64,000 nucleotides of DNA from Candidatus Thorarchaeota archaeon (GTDB lineage: Archaea; Asgardarchaeota; Thorarchaeia; Thorarchaeales; Thorarchaeaceae). Position numbers and translations under genes: made by a program. How positions within the stretch are numbered: position 1 is the first letter of the stretch; the number at the start of each line of letters is the position of its first letter. The notes below the pieces were generated by a model, which had not been told where the DNA came from, did not search any database, and saw only the letters and a program-made list of their open reading frames with translations. Positions 19,092 through 28,563 of the stretch are shown here, piece after piece. The stretch lies in contig JBHLRP010000003.1 of assembly GCA_048882485.1 (NCBI GenBank), positions 32,001 through 96,000 of the forward strand, read 5' to 3'.

Positions 19092-19124
19092 TAGGGGTGC
19101 GGGTCTGAAAGGACTCGCTCCCTA
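19092..19124 (+). terminator. 14-bp RNA hairpin with GAAA tetraloop
   Basis: TAGGGG-T-GCGGGTCT-GAAA-GGACTCGC-TCCCTA; three G-U pairs that exist only in the + transcript. Confidence 0.6.
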
Positions 19125-19133
19125 TGCTTGCTT

Positions 19134-19994
19134 TTAGAAGAGGCCGCCTTTCATTTTGGTCTGGCAATCACAACCTGCATCCGTTGGGATATTGTCAATC
19201 ATCTCAAAGGTGAGCTTCCTCACGCGATCAACGTTGTCAGCCATAGTTTTCAATACAGCCTCGTGTGTGACAACTTCTTCCCCATGGACATCATAGTCAG
19301 TCGGCATACTCACATTAACAAAACATATCCCTGCTTCCATCGCGAGGGCTGCTTCTGGGTATGCGGTCATTCCAATGACCTCCCAGCCCTGATTGTGATA
19401 GAACATTGACTCGGCTCTAGTGGAGAATCTAGGTCCATTGATGCATACATATGTTCCCTTGTCATGAATCTTATACTTCAGCTTACCAGCGGTTTCTACG
19501 GCAACCTTGCGAAGTTCGGGACAGAAGGGTTCCGCAAATGGAAGGTGTGCGATAGGCCCTCCCTCGAAGAACGTGTCTTTCCTTCTTCCGAAGGTTCTAT
19601 CAAAGATTGAGTCGGCAATCACGAATTCGCCAAGTTTGACCTTATCTGGTTGCAGGCTCCCACAAGCGGCAGGACTGATGATTCTTGTGACGCCAAGAGA
19701 TTTGAGGCCCCAAATATTGGCTCGATAGTTGATGGCATGAGGCGGAATTGTGTGACCTCTACCGTGTCGTGCTAGAAACACAAAGGAACGGCCCTTTGCC
19801 TTTCCAACGATATAGTTGTCCGAGGCCTCACCATATGGAGTGAACACCTTGATCTCCATAGGGTTCTCTATGACTGTAGGATCATAATTGCCACTACCCC
19901 CAAACATGCCAATCTCAATCGGGAGCAAGTTCTCTATTTCTTCCTTCTGAGTACGGTCTATTGGGACAAATTCAAGCTTCGCTTCGAATGCCAT
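19134..19994 (-). CDS. mtnP: S-methyl-5'-thioadenosine phosphorylase
   Basis: GGSG, TPYG, LARHGRGH..PPH.INYRANI, GPRFSTRAES, IGMT..PE, TDYD. Confidence 0.9.
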   Translation of the reverse strand: MAFEAKLEFVPIDRTQKEEIENLLPIEIGMFGGSGNYDPTVIENPMEIKVFTPYGEASDNYIVGKAKGRSFVFLARHGRGHTIPPHAINYRANIWGLKSLGVTRIISPAACGSLQPDKVKLGEFVIADSIFDRTFGRRKDTFFEGGPIAHLPFAEPFCPELRKVAVETAGKLKYKIHDKGTYVCINGPRFSTRAESMFYHNQGWEVIGMTAYPEAALAMEAGICFVNVSMPTDYDVHGEEVVTHEAVLKTMADNVDRVRKLTFEMIDNIPTDAGCDCQTKMKGGLF

Positions 19995-19998
19995 TATT

Positions 19999-20682
19999 TC
20001 ACTCCTCCTTCAGTTTCCAGACCTTATCAAGAGGATAGACAATCCTACCTAGGAAACCAAGATGCGCCTTGATTTTGGACAATTGATCATCTGATAGAAC
20101 CACATTGTTGTACTCTCTAAGATGCTTCTTCAGCTGCGCAGTGGTCATCTCCTTGACATCTTCGCCCTCAAAAATCTTTGAAATTAATGACGAAACGTCT
20201 TCATAGAAGTTCCAAGGCCAAATTTCCCACGCCCATGTTATCTCTACACCATAGTAATCCGGAATAAACTTGGAACCATCAATGTGCATTAGAGCTGCTG
20301 TCTTTACATCTGCAGGATTACCCGCTTCTTTGATGTGGTTCACAGCCATAGTAAGGCTTTGGCCGGTATCCGTGATATCATCAACAACGAGGACTCTCTT
20401 TCCTTCAACGCTACCAACCAGAGGGACTGAGAGCTTTGCATGCCCATCTTTAGTTGCTGTGACTCCCCAGTGGTCGACCTTCACACTAAAGAGGTCCTTG
20501 ATTCCCAAGAGGTCACACTGAATCCTCGCGTGAACCCATCCACCACGAGCAATGCCAACCACAGCATCTGGGCGCCAGCCAGACTCCTTTATCTTCAGAG
20601 CAGTCTGATAGGCATAGCTATAGATATCATCCCAATCCAGAATATAACATAATGGGCCCTTGAGTTCCATGGTAATCACCAA
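19999..20682 (-). CDS. Type I (purine) phosphoribosyltransferase
   Basis: GIARGG, VLVVDDITDTGQSL, PDYY, W..WPW; co-oriented with mtnP, 4-bp gap. Confidence 0.92.
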   Translation of the reverse strand: MVITMELKGPLCYILDWDDIYSYAYQTALKIKESGWRPDAVVGIARGGWVHARIQCDLLGIKDLFSVKVDHWGVTATKDGHAKLSVPLVGSVEGKRVLVVDDITDTGQSLTMAVNHIKEAGNPADVKTAALMHIDGSKFIPDYYGVEITWAWEIWPWNFYEDVSSLISKIFEGEDVKEMTTAQLKKHLREYNNVVLSDDQLSKIKAHLGFLGRIVYPLDKVWKLKEE

Positions 20683-20792
20683 CCAGTCATTCGGCCTACC
20701 GATATATGATAAAAGTATGCCCCTTCCAAGATTCGCTATTGACTCGGCTATCTTGGAGTGACCTTTATCTGTTCGGCATTGATTTCCATCAT

Positions 20793-21353
20793 ATGTATGA
20801 TGGTACTCCCGTTACTTTGAGAGCCTTAGAGATGTCTGATCTTGATGCAATCGAGGAGCACTGGAACAGCTGGGAGCTTAGAAGAACCATTGGAGTTCCA
20901 CTTCCAGGTTCTAGACGCGAATGGCTTGAGTTTGCGACCAAGGCTAATCCCTGGAAAGATGGCGAGCTACACCTAGCCATCGTCGAGAAGAAGACGGCCA
21001 AATTCCTAGGCACAATTGGCCTCAGAGACATAGCCTTCCCTCATCGAAGAGCTGAGTTTGGAATTTCCATTCACAATCCTAGGAACCGCTCTAGGGGCTA
21101 TGGAACGGATGCAACGCGATTGATGCTCTGGATTGGATTCCACCTTCTTGGGCTAGAGAGCATCTACTTGGACACTTTCCCGGATAATATGGAAGCCCAT
21201 CGTGCATATGTGAAGGCAGGCTTTAAGGAGGTTGGTTTCTTGAGAAATACGGAATTTCGCGAGGGCAAGTATGGCGATCTTCTAATCATGGACATAACTC
21301 GGGAGGAGTTTTTCAAAGCCTACCCGCCCGGTACTTTCATTGCTGATACTTGA
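20793..21353 (+). CDS. GNAT RimJ/RimL-family acetyltransferase
   Basis: LRALE..D, AEFGI.I, RSRGYGTDA, N..A...Y.KAGF..VG.LR; start moved to ATG 20793. Confidence 0.9.
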   Translation: MYDGTPVTLRALEMSDLDAIEEHWNSWELRRTIGVPLPGSRREWLEFATKANPWKDGELHLAIVEKKTAKFLGTIGLRDIAFPHRRAEFGISIHNPRNRSRGYGTDATRLMLWIGFHLLGLESIYLDTFPDNMEAHRAYVKAGFKEVGFLRNTEFREGKYGDLLIMDITREEFFKAYPPGTFIADT

Positions 21354-21354
21354 T

Positions 21355-22212
21355 TCAATTCTCTGATTTCATTACCTGGCAACATAGGCTAAGCGAATCA
21401 ACAATAGCGGGAGAGTAGCTCACTTCAAAGTAGAGAATATCACCTTCTGAAACACTCACTGGATCATTCAGCGGAAGAAGGAGATCTCTCCAGCCGTCCT
21501 CCATTGTCAATATTATATCTTCAATGAGCGGAGCTTCAAACATGCCGACGAGTCCATGAACGACACCATCCTTTAGAGCCACGAATTCAAGCTTCTTGTC
21601 TACTTTCCAGTCACTCTGATGGAGCTGAAAGTCGAACTCCTCCAGTACAGTGAGATTAGCAAGGTCTCGCGAAGGATCCCTCTCCATCGTCTGAGGGACT
21701 TTGGGAAATCTGAAGCCAGAGCTCTGGAATCTGTCCCAAATATCAGAGCACTGTATGGGCGTCACATAAACAGTCGCACTTCGTGGAAGGAGAATGCCCC
21801 GCTCCCTCAAGATATTCTGAACCGCCCACTGGCTAGCAGGTATTTGCGGCTCAACAAGCATTACTGAAGAGAGCATCTCGCATGTGACAATGTCTGCTCG
21901 TTTCTCTGGCTTGAAATCCCCGTAATGGCATCTGACTACCTCGACAATGTCGTCTAACCCATTTTGTTTGACGGCTTGTTTGGCATATTCTACTGAGAAT
22001 CTATCCATCTCTACAGCAGTGACTTTCCGAGCACCAGCCCTAGCCGCCAACATGGCCAAAATTCCAGTCCCTGTGCCAAGATCCACAACATACGAATCTT
22101 CCGTGACAGTCCGCTGGAGGGCTTGCTCGAACTTGGAGAGCCTCGACTGCTGACTCAAGAGTCCAGCAGCATGCAATATTGAGAATGGCGTGGAAATTTC
22201 ATGTTCGTCCAT
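21355..22212 (-). CDS. SAM-dependent methyltransferase, PRMT-like
   Basis: VVDLGTGTGILAMLAARAGARKVTAVE; double-E-like loop CEMLSSVMLVE; C-terminal beta-rich domain (VHGLVGMF); start moved to ATG 22212. Confidence 0.85.
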   Translation of the reverse strand: MDEHEISTPFSILHAAGLLSQQSRLSKFEQALQRTVTEDSYVVDLGTGTGILAMLAARAGARKVTAVEMDRFSVEYAKQAVKQNGLDDIVEVVRCHYGDFKPEKRADIVTCEMLSSVMLVEPQIPASQWAVQNILRERGILLPRSATVYVTPIQCSDIWDRFQSSGFRFPKVPQTMERDPSRDLANLTVLEEFDFQLHQSDWKVDKKLEFVALKDGVVHGLVGMFEAPLIEDIILTMEDGWRDLLLPLNDPVSVSEGDILYFEVSYSPAIVDSLSLCCQVMKSEN

Positions 22213-22307
22213 CGTCAAATTGCCATATCCAGAGGTTCTTATAATATGATATGAGCCACTGCGAATGTTAGAGCGCATTGCCAAACTTGATCGGTGATCA
22301 TGAATTG

Positions 22308-23468
22308 ATGGATGAAAGTATAAAGCTCGCATTGGACGCCCTAGAGGAAGGACGGCCAAACGATGCCATCACTATACTGGAACCATTGATTGATGAATCT
22401 CTTGATAATGAAGCGGATATTCTCATGTATCTCGGTATCGCATATGTTCAGACCGAGCAACCACGCAAAGCAGTGGAAGTACTTGAAAGGGCTGAAGATC
22501 TTGTTGAAGAACACTGCGTCCTCTCAATGTTTCTGGGTCGCGCTTACCGTGCACTTGCAAGGTTTGACGACGCTGAAGACGAGCTAAGTCGCTCAATCTC
22601 TCTTGATCCAGAAACCCCTGAGCCCTATGCCGACCTTGGTTGGGTTCTTCTTAAGAAAGGCGAATATGCCAGGACTGTCAAGACATTGGCTTCAGCCTGT
22701 GAAACTTTCCCTGAGGACCTCGATATCCGAGCAATTTATGCGCTTTCGCTATACAGATTGGGCGACTTCACAGCTGCCGCGGAACAATGGGCGATGATGC
22801 ATCGCCAAGAACCGGAGTTCATGTCAGCAATCTCGAACTACGCTTTCCTCATGCTCACTCTGGGTCGTTCCTATGAAGCGGCTCCGTTTGTTGGACGAGC
22901 GAATATGCTGGCGCCAGATGACTATAGATCCTTGATACTCTTAGGAGAATTACGATTCCAGTCAGGTGAACACGAGGGTGCCAGGGAATGTTTCCAGAAG
23001 GTCTTGGAGCAAGATCCGGAGAATGTGGAGGCATTGTCGCGCCTAGCAATTCTTTACAATCATTTGCTCGATAGGACTTCTTGCAACGACCATTTGGAAC
23101 GAGCGAAATCTCTAGTCGGAGGCACTCCGGAGGGTTGGCGCAGCTTATGTTATGCGTTGTCTATGATTGGGCGTGATGAAGACTTCATCAATTGCCTAAT
23201 AGAATGGACACGACTGGATCCTACTTCTGCAACTCCATGGGTTGCTCTCGCAAAGCATTATGACCGAATAGGTTTACTAGAGTATTCTAGAAATGCTTGG
23301 CGAGTTTCCTTTGAATTGCGAGAATACGTTAAGATTCTATGCAACTCATGTGGCAATGAAGTCCGCCATCCCTATGATTCGACCGTGGGATTTGATATCT
23401 ATGCAATAAAGATTTGTCAGAGATGTGGTGAAACCATTCCAATGCCAGCTGGCTTAGCAGAGTTCTAG
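22308..23468 (+). CDS. TPR-repeat protein with C-terminal Zn-ribbon
   Basis: Many TPR repeats; CNSC...CQRC at the C-terminus; GGTGA upstream of ATG 22308. Confidence 0.88.
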   Translation: MDESIKLALDALEEGRPNDAITILEPLIDESLDNEADILMYLGIAYVQTEQPRKAVEVLERAEDLVEEHCVLSMFLGRAYRALARFDDAEDELSRSISLDPETPEPYADLGWVLLKKGEYARTVKTLASACETFPEDLDIRAIYALSLYRLGDFTAAAEQWAMMHRQEPEFMSAISNYAFLMLTLGRSYEAAPFVGRANMLAPDDYRSLILLGELRFQSGEHEGARECFQKVLEQDPENVEALSRLAILYNHLLDRTSCNDHLERAKSLVGGTPEGWRSLCYALSMIGRDEDFINCLIEWTRLDPTSATPWVALAKHYDRIGLLEYSRNAWRVSFELREYVKILCNSCGNEVRHPYDSTVGFDIYAIKICQRCGETIPMPAGLAEF

Positions 23469-23486
23469 AATACTCGGATAAATGAG

Positions 23487-23948
23487 GTGTCGATTCTGGC
23501 TAGTCGTCGCTATCCAAAGTTTCCTATTCCTGGTGTGGCTGGGATTGTGGCTGGACCTGAGGGAATACTCCTGGTAGTAAGAGATAAAGAGCCTGCAAAA
23601 GGGCGTCTTAGTTTTCCAGGCGGAGGAGTTGATGTGGGTGAGACTCAGGAAGAAGCCATTGTAAGAGAGGTGCGAGAGGAAACAGGAGTAGAATGCGAAG
23701 TAATCAAGTTCGTAACTACTTCTGATTTAATCATCCCTGACAATGAAGGTGCAATCGAGTTCCACTTTATTCTCAACCATTATCTCTGCCGAGCATTATC
23801 TTTCGAACTGCGAGCAGAGAGTCCTGACGCTCAGCCTATTTGGATTGAGCCATCGAGACTTCGCGAATTCGATATACCTCCTCGAGTTCTTGAGATATTG
23901 TTTGACAATGTCGATGACATCGCATTAATCATGGCACAAAAGGAGTGA
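23487..23948 (+). CDS. Nudix hydrolase
   Basis: Nudix box GGGVDVGETQEEAIVREVREETGV. Confidence 0.95.
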   Translation: MSILASRRYPKFPIPGVAGIVAGPEGILLVVRDKEPAKGRLSFPGGGVDVGETQEEAIVREVREETGVECEVIKFVTTSDLIIPDNEGAIEFHFILNHYLCRALSFELRAESPDAQPIWIEPSRLREFDIPPRVLEILFDNVDDIALIMAQKE

Positions 23949-24050
23949 GTCTGGCACTTTTCGTTGTAAGCAGCATTTGTCTTTGTCCATGAAATATAAA
24001 AGCATAGATGCGCCACGCTAGATGTACCTATTACTTCACCCACATAGGAC

Positions 24051-24524
24051 GTGTTATCGACAATGTTCAGAACTATTATGGCGCTTGTGATTGCGCTAGT
24101 CGTTGCTATCGTAATTGGTGTATTTCAGATTCTTGGTTTGACAATTGCAGACCTACAGGCAATTATCGGATCCACAGATCTCACTGATATCGTGGCATAC
24201 CAAGGCGGAGTCCTTTTCGGACAGCTCATCTTTCCATACACTTTTGCAATTAGCGGCATCTATACACCGCTTGTTGCTCTCGGAGTCGCTGGATTCATTG
24301 CCGGGCTGATTTCAAAGAGCGGCGTGAGAATGCTCTTTGTATCTCTAATTGCAATCGGTCTATTCTTTGTCGGATATGTAGTTCTCACCATGGGATATTC
24401 TGTAAACGACGTAGATGCCATGGCTACATTGGCACAGAACATAGCAATCGACCTTGGTGTATCATTCGCACTCCTTTTCGTACCAGGCATTATTGGAGCT
24501 TCACTCACCGCTGAGGAATACTAG
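24051..24524 (+). CDS. Small 4-TM membrane protein
   Basis: Four hydrophobic helices. Confidence 0.8.
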   Translation: MLSTMFRTIMALVIALVVAIVIGVFQILGLTIADLQAIIGSTDLTDIVAYQGGVLFGQLIFPYTFAISGIYTPLVALGVAGFIAGLISKSGVRMLFVSLIAIGLFFVGYVVLTMGYSVNDVDAMATLAQNIAIDLGVSFALLFVPGIIGASLTAEEY

Positions 24525-24550
24525 TTCCAGCAATCGCTCCAGAGGGGGTC

Positions 24551-26089
24551 CTATCCCCCTTCCTGCCTTTTTTCTGCAATTTCCTTCATGAGAGTATCTT
24601 TTCTTTGAAGGATTCTGGAAAGAACAAGATCAATCGAAACTAGGTCCAGATAGTCATCGATGTAATCAGCATGAACAAATGCTCCCGCTGCCATCGGGTG
24701 TCCACCAGCCTCTACAATTTCCTGCCCTATTGCCTCACTAATTTGCTCACCAGCGCGCACAAATGATTCTTTGAGGTTGACACCTTTGTTCACGAGACTC
24801 TGTCTCGCACGACCTGATATCTTGATTAGCTTGCTTTCTTCAGTGCTGTTGGTACTCACCCCAATGATAGGTTTGTCTATCGGCACGATTCTTGACCCTT
24901 GAGCCATGCCAATGACAATGCCAATGATTGTATCTGAAGTGAGCGGGTCCTTGACGACGTACATTCCCTCCATCTCAGCATACTTGTGTTCCTCTAGTCT
25001 TCTCAAGGCAGCTGCAAGATTTGCACGATGTTGCTGCAGAAGCGCGGTGCCTTCTTGATACGCATCCTCATCCCCAAGGCAAATCTTGACTCCCACATGT
25101 GGCTGTCTATTCCTGCCACAGGCGTTCAGAAGCGTCGAAAATTCCTTTGCCGAACGCATTTCAGTTTCTTCAGGTCGGTTGACTAATGTTATGACATCCC
25201 CCACTATTCCCGTCGCAATTCTTGCGTCGCCGTAGACTTCAATTATGTAGTCGATTAGATATTGAATTACAGTCTGCTTCTCTTTCTTCTGTAGTCCTGC
25301 CCAGATTCTCCAATTGTCGTCAGGATCCTTTACTGGGATCTTGAGTTGTTCAAAGACGCCATAACATGCCGCCTCATTTCCAGTGATTCCTGGAAGATAG
25401 GGTTCTGTGGCATATTCAAGCAAGTAGGGCAAAGGTCTTGTATTAATGCCGAAAAAGGTGAGGTCTTTTCCTAATTTGATGTATCCTGATTCTATTCCTA
25501 ACTGGACAATGTCTTGGTTTATTCCTTGGAAACCTTTGCCGTAATAGTCCTGCAGATCTCCTGTTGCGCCTACAATTGCCAATTCTGTCAGGTCCACATT
25601 CTGATTGGAGAGGGCATATGCTACCAAGAACGCAATCCCTGCCCCGGATATGTCGTATCCCCCGTCGAGCTCGTGTTGATTTGGATTGATCTCGATTAGT
25701 GAATCAGCACTCCTTTCCGCCTCAACGTCCTCATTTGGCAGATGATGATCGAGCACGATTATTCGTTCCACAGCGCCATTTCCGACAATAGAATCTAGGA
25801 TTAGTCCCATCTGACCTGTCCCAAAATCGCTGAAAACCAAGAGGTCTGGCTTGTTTTCCTTGACTAGCTCTTCAACATCAATAATGGTTTCTGAATTCAG
25901 CTGGTGGAGGTTTCGCCATACAACATCTTTCCCCTCTCTTTCCAGCATTTTCACAACGATTGAAAGAGCACTTATTCCATCAGCGTCAATATGAGAAACA
26001 GCGAGAACCTTGCGCGAGGTATGAATTGACTTCACTGCCTCATCAATTCTCTCTTGCATAGACTGTGGCAGTGCTGTTAGAATTGACAC
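24551..26089 (-). CDS. DHH phosphoesterase, archaeal RecJ/Cdc45 (GAN-like) family
   Basis: HIDADG, SDFG, LDHH, SGAG, GATGD, EFSTLLNACGR, GGHPMAAG. Confidence 0.92.
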   Translation of the reverse strand: MSILTALPQSMQERIDEAVKSIHTSRKVLAVSHIDADGISALSIVVKMLEREGKDVVWRNLHQLNSETIIDVEELVKENKPDLLVFSDFGTGQMGLILDSIVGNGAVERIIVLDHHLPNEDVEAERSADSLIEINPNQHELDGGYDISGAGIAFLVAYALSNQNVDLTELAIVGATGDLQDYYGKGFQGINQDIVQLGIESGYIKLGKDLTFFGINTRPLPYLLEYATEPYLPGITGNEAACYGVFEQLKIPVKDPDDNWRIWAGLQKKEKQTVIQYLIDYIIEVYGDARIATGIVGDVITLVNRPEETEMRSAKEFSTLLNACGRNRQPHVGVKICLGDEDAYQEGTALLQQHRANLAAALRRLEEHKYAEMEGMYVVKDPLTSDTIIGIVIGMAQGSRIVPIDKPIIGVSTNSTEESKLIKISGRARQSLVNKGVNLKESFVRAGEQISEAIGQEIVEAGGHPMAAGAFVHADYIDDYLDLVSIDLVLSRILQRKDTLMKEIAEKRQEGG

Positions 26090-26162
26090 CTTTGCTCCTG
26101 TAAATTCCTTCAGAGAGGCAATATAAGTAGGCCTCTCTGTGGCGTTGAGTTATTTTATTTAC

Positions 26163-26504
26163 TCACTCAGCCCCGCGCATCACTCTTGATAGAGCGAGAA
26201 AGATCACAAGAAATACGCTCGCAACGGCAGCTAATGCCTTTGCTATTTTCTGCCAGTTAGTTAATGGGACTTCAAAATCTCGAAGCTCATTTGTGACTCT
26301 CTTGATATAAACTCTCATTTCGGTGTAGAGCGCTTCTTGATCATCAATTCTGGTTGAATACTCTGACCAACTCTTGTAATAAGGTGCTTCTGGTTTTGTC
26401 TGGAGCCATTCATGCCAAGCTCCCAGTATCTTTTCTCTATGTGATTGAGGGAACTGTTCTATACTTTTTCTTACACTGCTTTCCCATTCTGTAGGCAACA
26501 TCAA
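26163..26504 (-). CDS. Hypothetical tail-anchored membrane protein
   Basis: Soluble N-terminal part, single C-terminal TM, short basic tail. Confidence 0.75.
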   Translation of the reverse strand: MMLPTEWESSVRKSIEQFPQSHREKILGAWHEWLQTKPEAPYYKSWSEYSTRIDDQEALYTEMRVYIKRVTNELRDFEVPLTNWQKIAKALAAVASVFLVIFLALSRVMRGAE

Positions 26505-26643
26505 TGCGCACCCCTTTATTCTCCCGGCAGAGGGACAGTTCAGTTTCGCCAGGACTGCTATTAAGTATTCACCAGATTTTATCCGCTTTTAAAGGGCAAT
26601 AAGGATATGGTTATGGAAGCGCGCGCTTCTTGAAATGCGCATT

Positions 26644-27171
26644 TTATCGTGCTTGAGCTACTTCCTTTTGCCAGCCCTTCAGATCATTCCTGAGCTTCTG
26701 AACATCTGATGGATTGATTGGATCCACTCTTCCATATGTCTTTAGTATTCTTACCCATCTTTGCATTTTTACAACAAGCTGACCTAGTCCTCCCCTTTGC
26801 TCGAGAGTGCTGGCTGCTTGAGCGATTTTGATGGACAAGTCGCTGGCAATGACTCCCTCTCGAACCTGTGAATCCAGAGTATCAAGTACGGCTTGCAGAC
26901 TCGAAACAGCTCCTTTTTGCTGAAGGGTTGCTGCTTCTACAGGTCGTGCTAGACCAGAAGCGGATATATTCTCAATTTTCGCCATGAGTTCGTCCAGCTT
27001 CTCACTATTGGATGCAACTGCTAGTGATATCTCGGAGTTGGAGTCTTGGACCTCTGTGATTTTTGAGAGGACATCTATCATTCTGTTAAGCATCTGTGTG
27101 AGCCGTTCAATTGCGCCATTGATTTCAGTCAGTTTGGCTCTAACATATGTATCATCGTCACTCATTCGCAT
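26644..27171 (-). CDS. Hypothetical coiled-coil protein
   Basis: Heptad pattern over the first ~70 aa. Confidence 0.8.
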   Translation of the reverse strand: MRMSDDDTYVRAKLTEINGAIERLTQMLNRMIDVLSKITEVQDSNSEISLAVASNSEKLDELMAKIENISASGLARPVEAATLQQKGAVSSLQAVLDTLDSQVREGVIASDLSIKIAQAASTLEQRGGLGQLVVKMQRWVRILKTYGRVDPINPSDVQKLRNDLKGWQKEVAQAR

Positions 27172-27342
27172 CCCTTCTGTAATTTTGGTCGCTCGGGATT
27201 GTCGTCAGTATAGTGGTGATTGCAGGGCTTCTCACATTAAGCTTTCTGTGGTGCAAAAGGGAGCCGCACCTAACTTAAGACCTTTATAGAGGCAATTCGC
27301 CCAGACATGTCAATAATCGCTTCAAAATGGAGGCTGCGAAAA

Positions 27343-27693
27343 TTGTACGTTGCGAACTACGAAGAACGCGAAAGAACTGAAGTTCCATTGCCGGGCGTTG
27401 CTAAGACAACGATGCGCTGGCTAATTGGTAGACGTACAGGTGCAAAGACATACGCTATGAGGCTTTTTGAGATGCAGCCTGGAGGTATAATCCCACTACA
27501 CTCCCACGGTGAGGAGCATGAGATATTCGTTCTGAATGGCGAAGCCAAGGTATTGGGAGAGAGCAACAAGGATGTGGCGAAGAAAGATGATGTGATCTTC
27601 ATTCCGCCAGATCATCCTCATGGCTATGATAACACAGAAGGAACAGAGGTATTCAGTTTCATCTGTGTTATTCCGTTGCGAGAGAAAACATAG
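27343..27693 (+). CDS. Cupin-domain protein
   Basis: PGG.IPLHSH..EHEIFVL.G, IFIPP..PHGY.N; TTG start after GGAGG. Confidence 0.92.
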   Translation: MYVANYEERERTEVPLPGVAKTTMRWLIGRRTGAKTYAMRLFEMQPGGIIPLHSHGEEHEIFVLNGEAKVLGESNKDVAKKDDVIFIPPDHPHGYDNTEGTEVFSFICVIPLREKT

Positions 27694-27747
27694 AGGCTTC
27701 AGAGCCTTAGAGTCACATTCTTTTGTTGCCTAAACACAAAGGCAGGT

Positions 27748-28563
27748 GTGTCTGAGATGGATATTCGTGAGAAGCGCCTTTGGCTATTTGATGTAGACAA
27801 CACCCTCATCCGCGATGTCGAACATCCTGAAGTATTTGAAGACGCAATGAATCTCTGGAACGTATTGCGAGAAAAACGAAAGACAACTGCAATTCTTACC
27901 AATGTGGGGCGTCTATCTTCTCGACAGATTCATGATGTATTGGAATCAGTCGGATTTCGGGTTGAGCACGAGAACACCTTCAGCGCTGGCGCAGCGGCAG
28001 CGGCCTATGTACATAATCGGTCACCTGGTGCCCGCTGTTTCGTTATCAGTGAGGGTGGAGCAACTGAGGACTTTGTGGCAAGGGGTCTGAATGTGACTAG
28101 CAACCCGCCAATTGAGTTTGTGGCAGTTGCAGCAGATCGAGGTCTCACTTATGCAGAACTCAACTTTGCAACGAAGATGGTTCGAAACGGTGCACAACTC
28201 ATCTGTGTCAGCGGCAGCTACGACTACGGGGGAGTATATCTCGGAACTGAGGATGTCTACATTGGAGAACGGTCGATTGTAGCGGCTATTGAACATGCCA
28301 CTGGTGTCACTTCGGTTGTTGTTGGAAAGCCTCTTCCGGAGATTTTCACTGAAACAGTTGCTATTCTAGGTTACAACCCTGAAGATGCAGTAATGGTGGG
28401 TGACAATCCTGCCTCAGACATTGCGGGCGGCAATGCTGCCGGAATGACCACGATACTAGTGAATCGTAACCCGGATAATACTGTTCAGTTTGACTCTCAA
28501 AGTCTTGATCAAAATGCAGACATTTTCGTAAGCAGCCTTGATGAGGTCATCGAGTTTCTTTAG
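27748..28563 (+). CDS. HAD-IIA family hydrolase (NagD-like)
   Basis: FDVDNTL, LTN, VGKP, MVGDNPASDIAGG. Confidence 0.93.
   Translation: MSEMDIREKRLWLFDVDNTLIRDVEHPEVFEDAMNLWNVLREKRKTTAILTNVGRLSSRQIHDVLESVGFRVEHENTFSAGAAAAAYVHNRSPGARCFVISEGGATEDFVARGLNVTSNPPIEFVAVAADRGLTYAELNFATKMVRNGAQLICVSGSYDYGGVYLGTEDVYIGERSIVAAIEHATGVTSVVVGKPLPEIFTETVAILGYNPEDAVMVGDNPASDIAGGNAAGMTTILVNRNPDNTVQFDSQSLDQNADIFVSSLDEVIEFL

Noticed and set aside
19052-19124. Hairpin as a SECIS/PYLIS recoding element
   Set aside because: No in-frame TGA in the micropeptide; TAG read-through adds only ~18 unremarkable residues before a TGA; no SECIS-type AUGA/GA core seen
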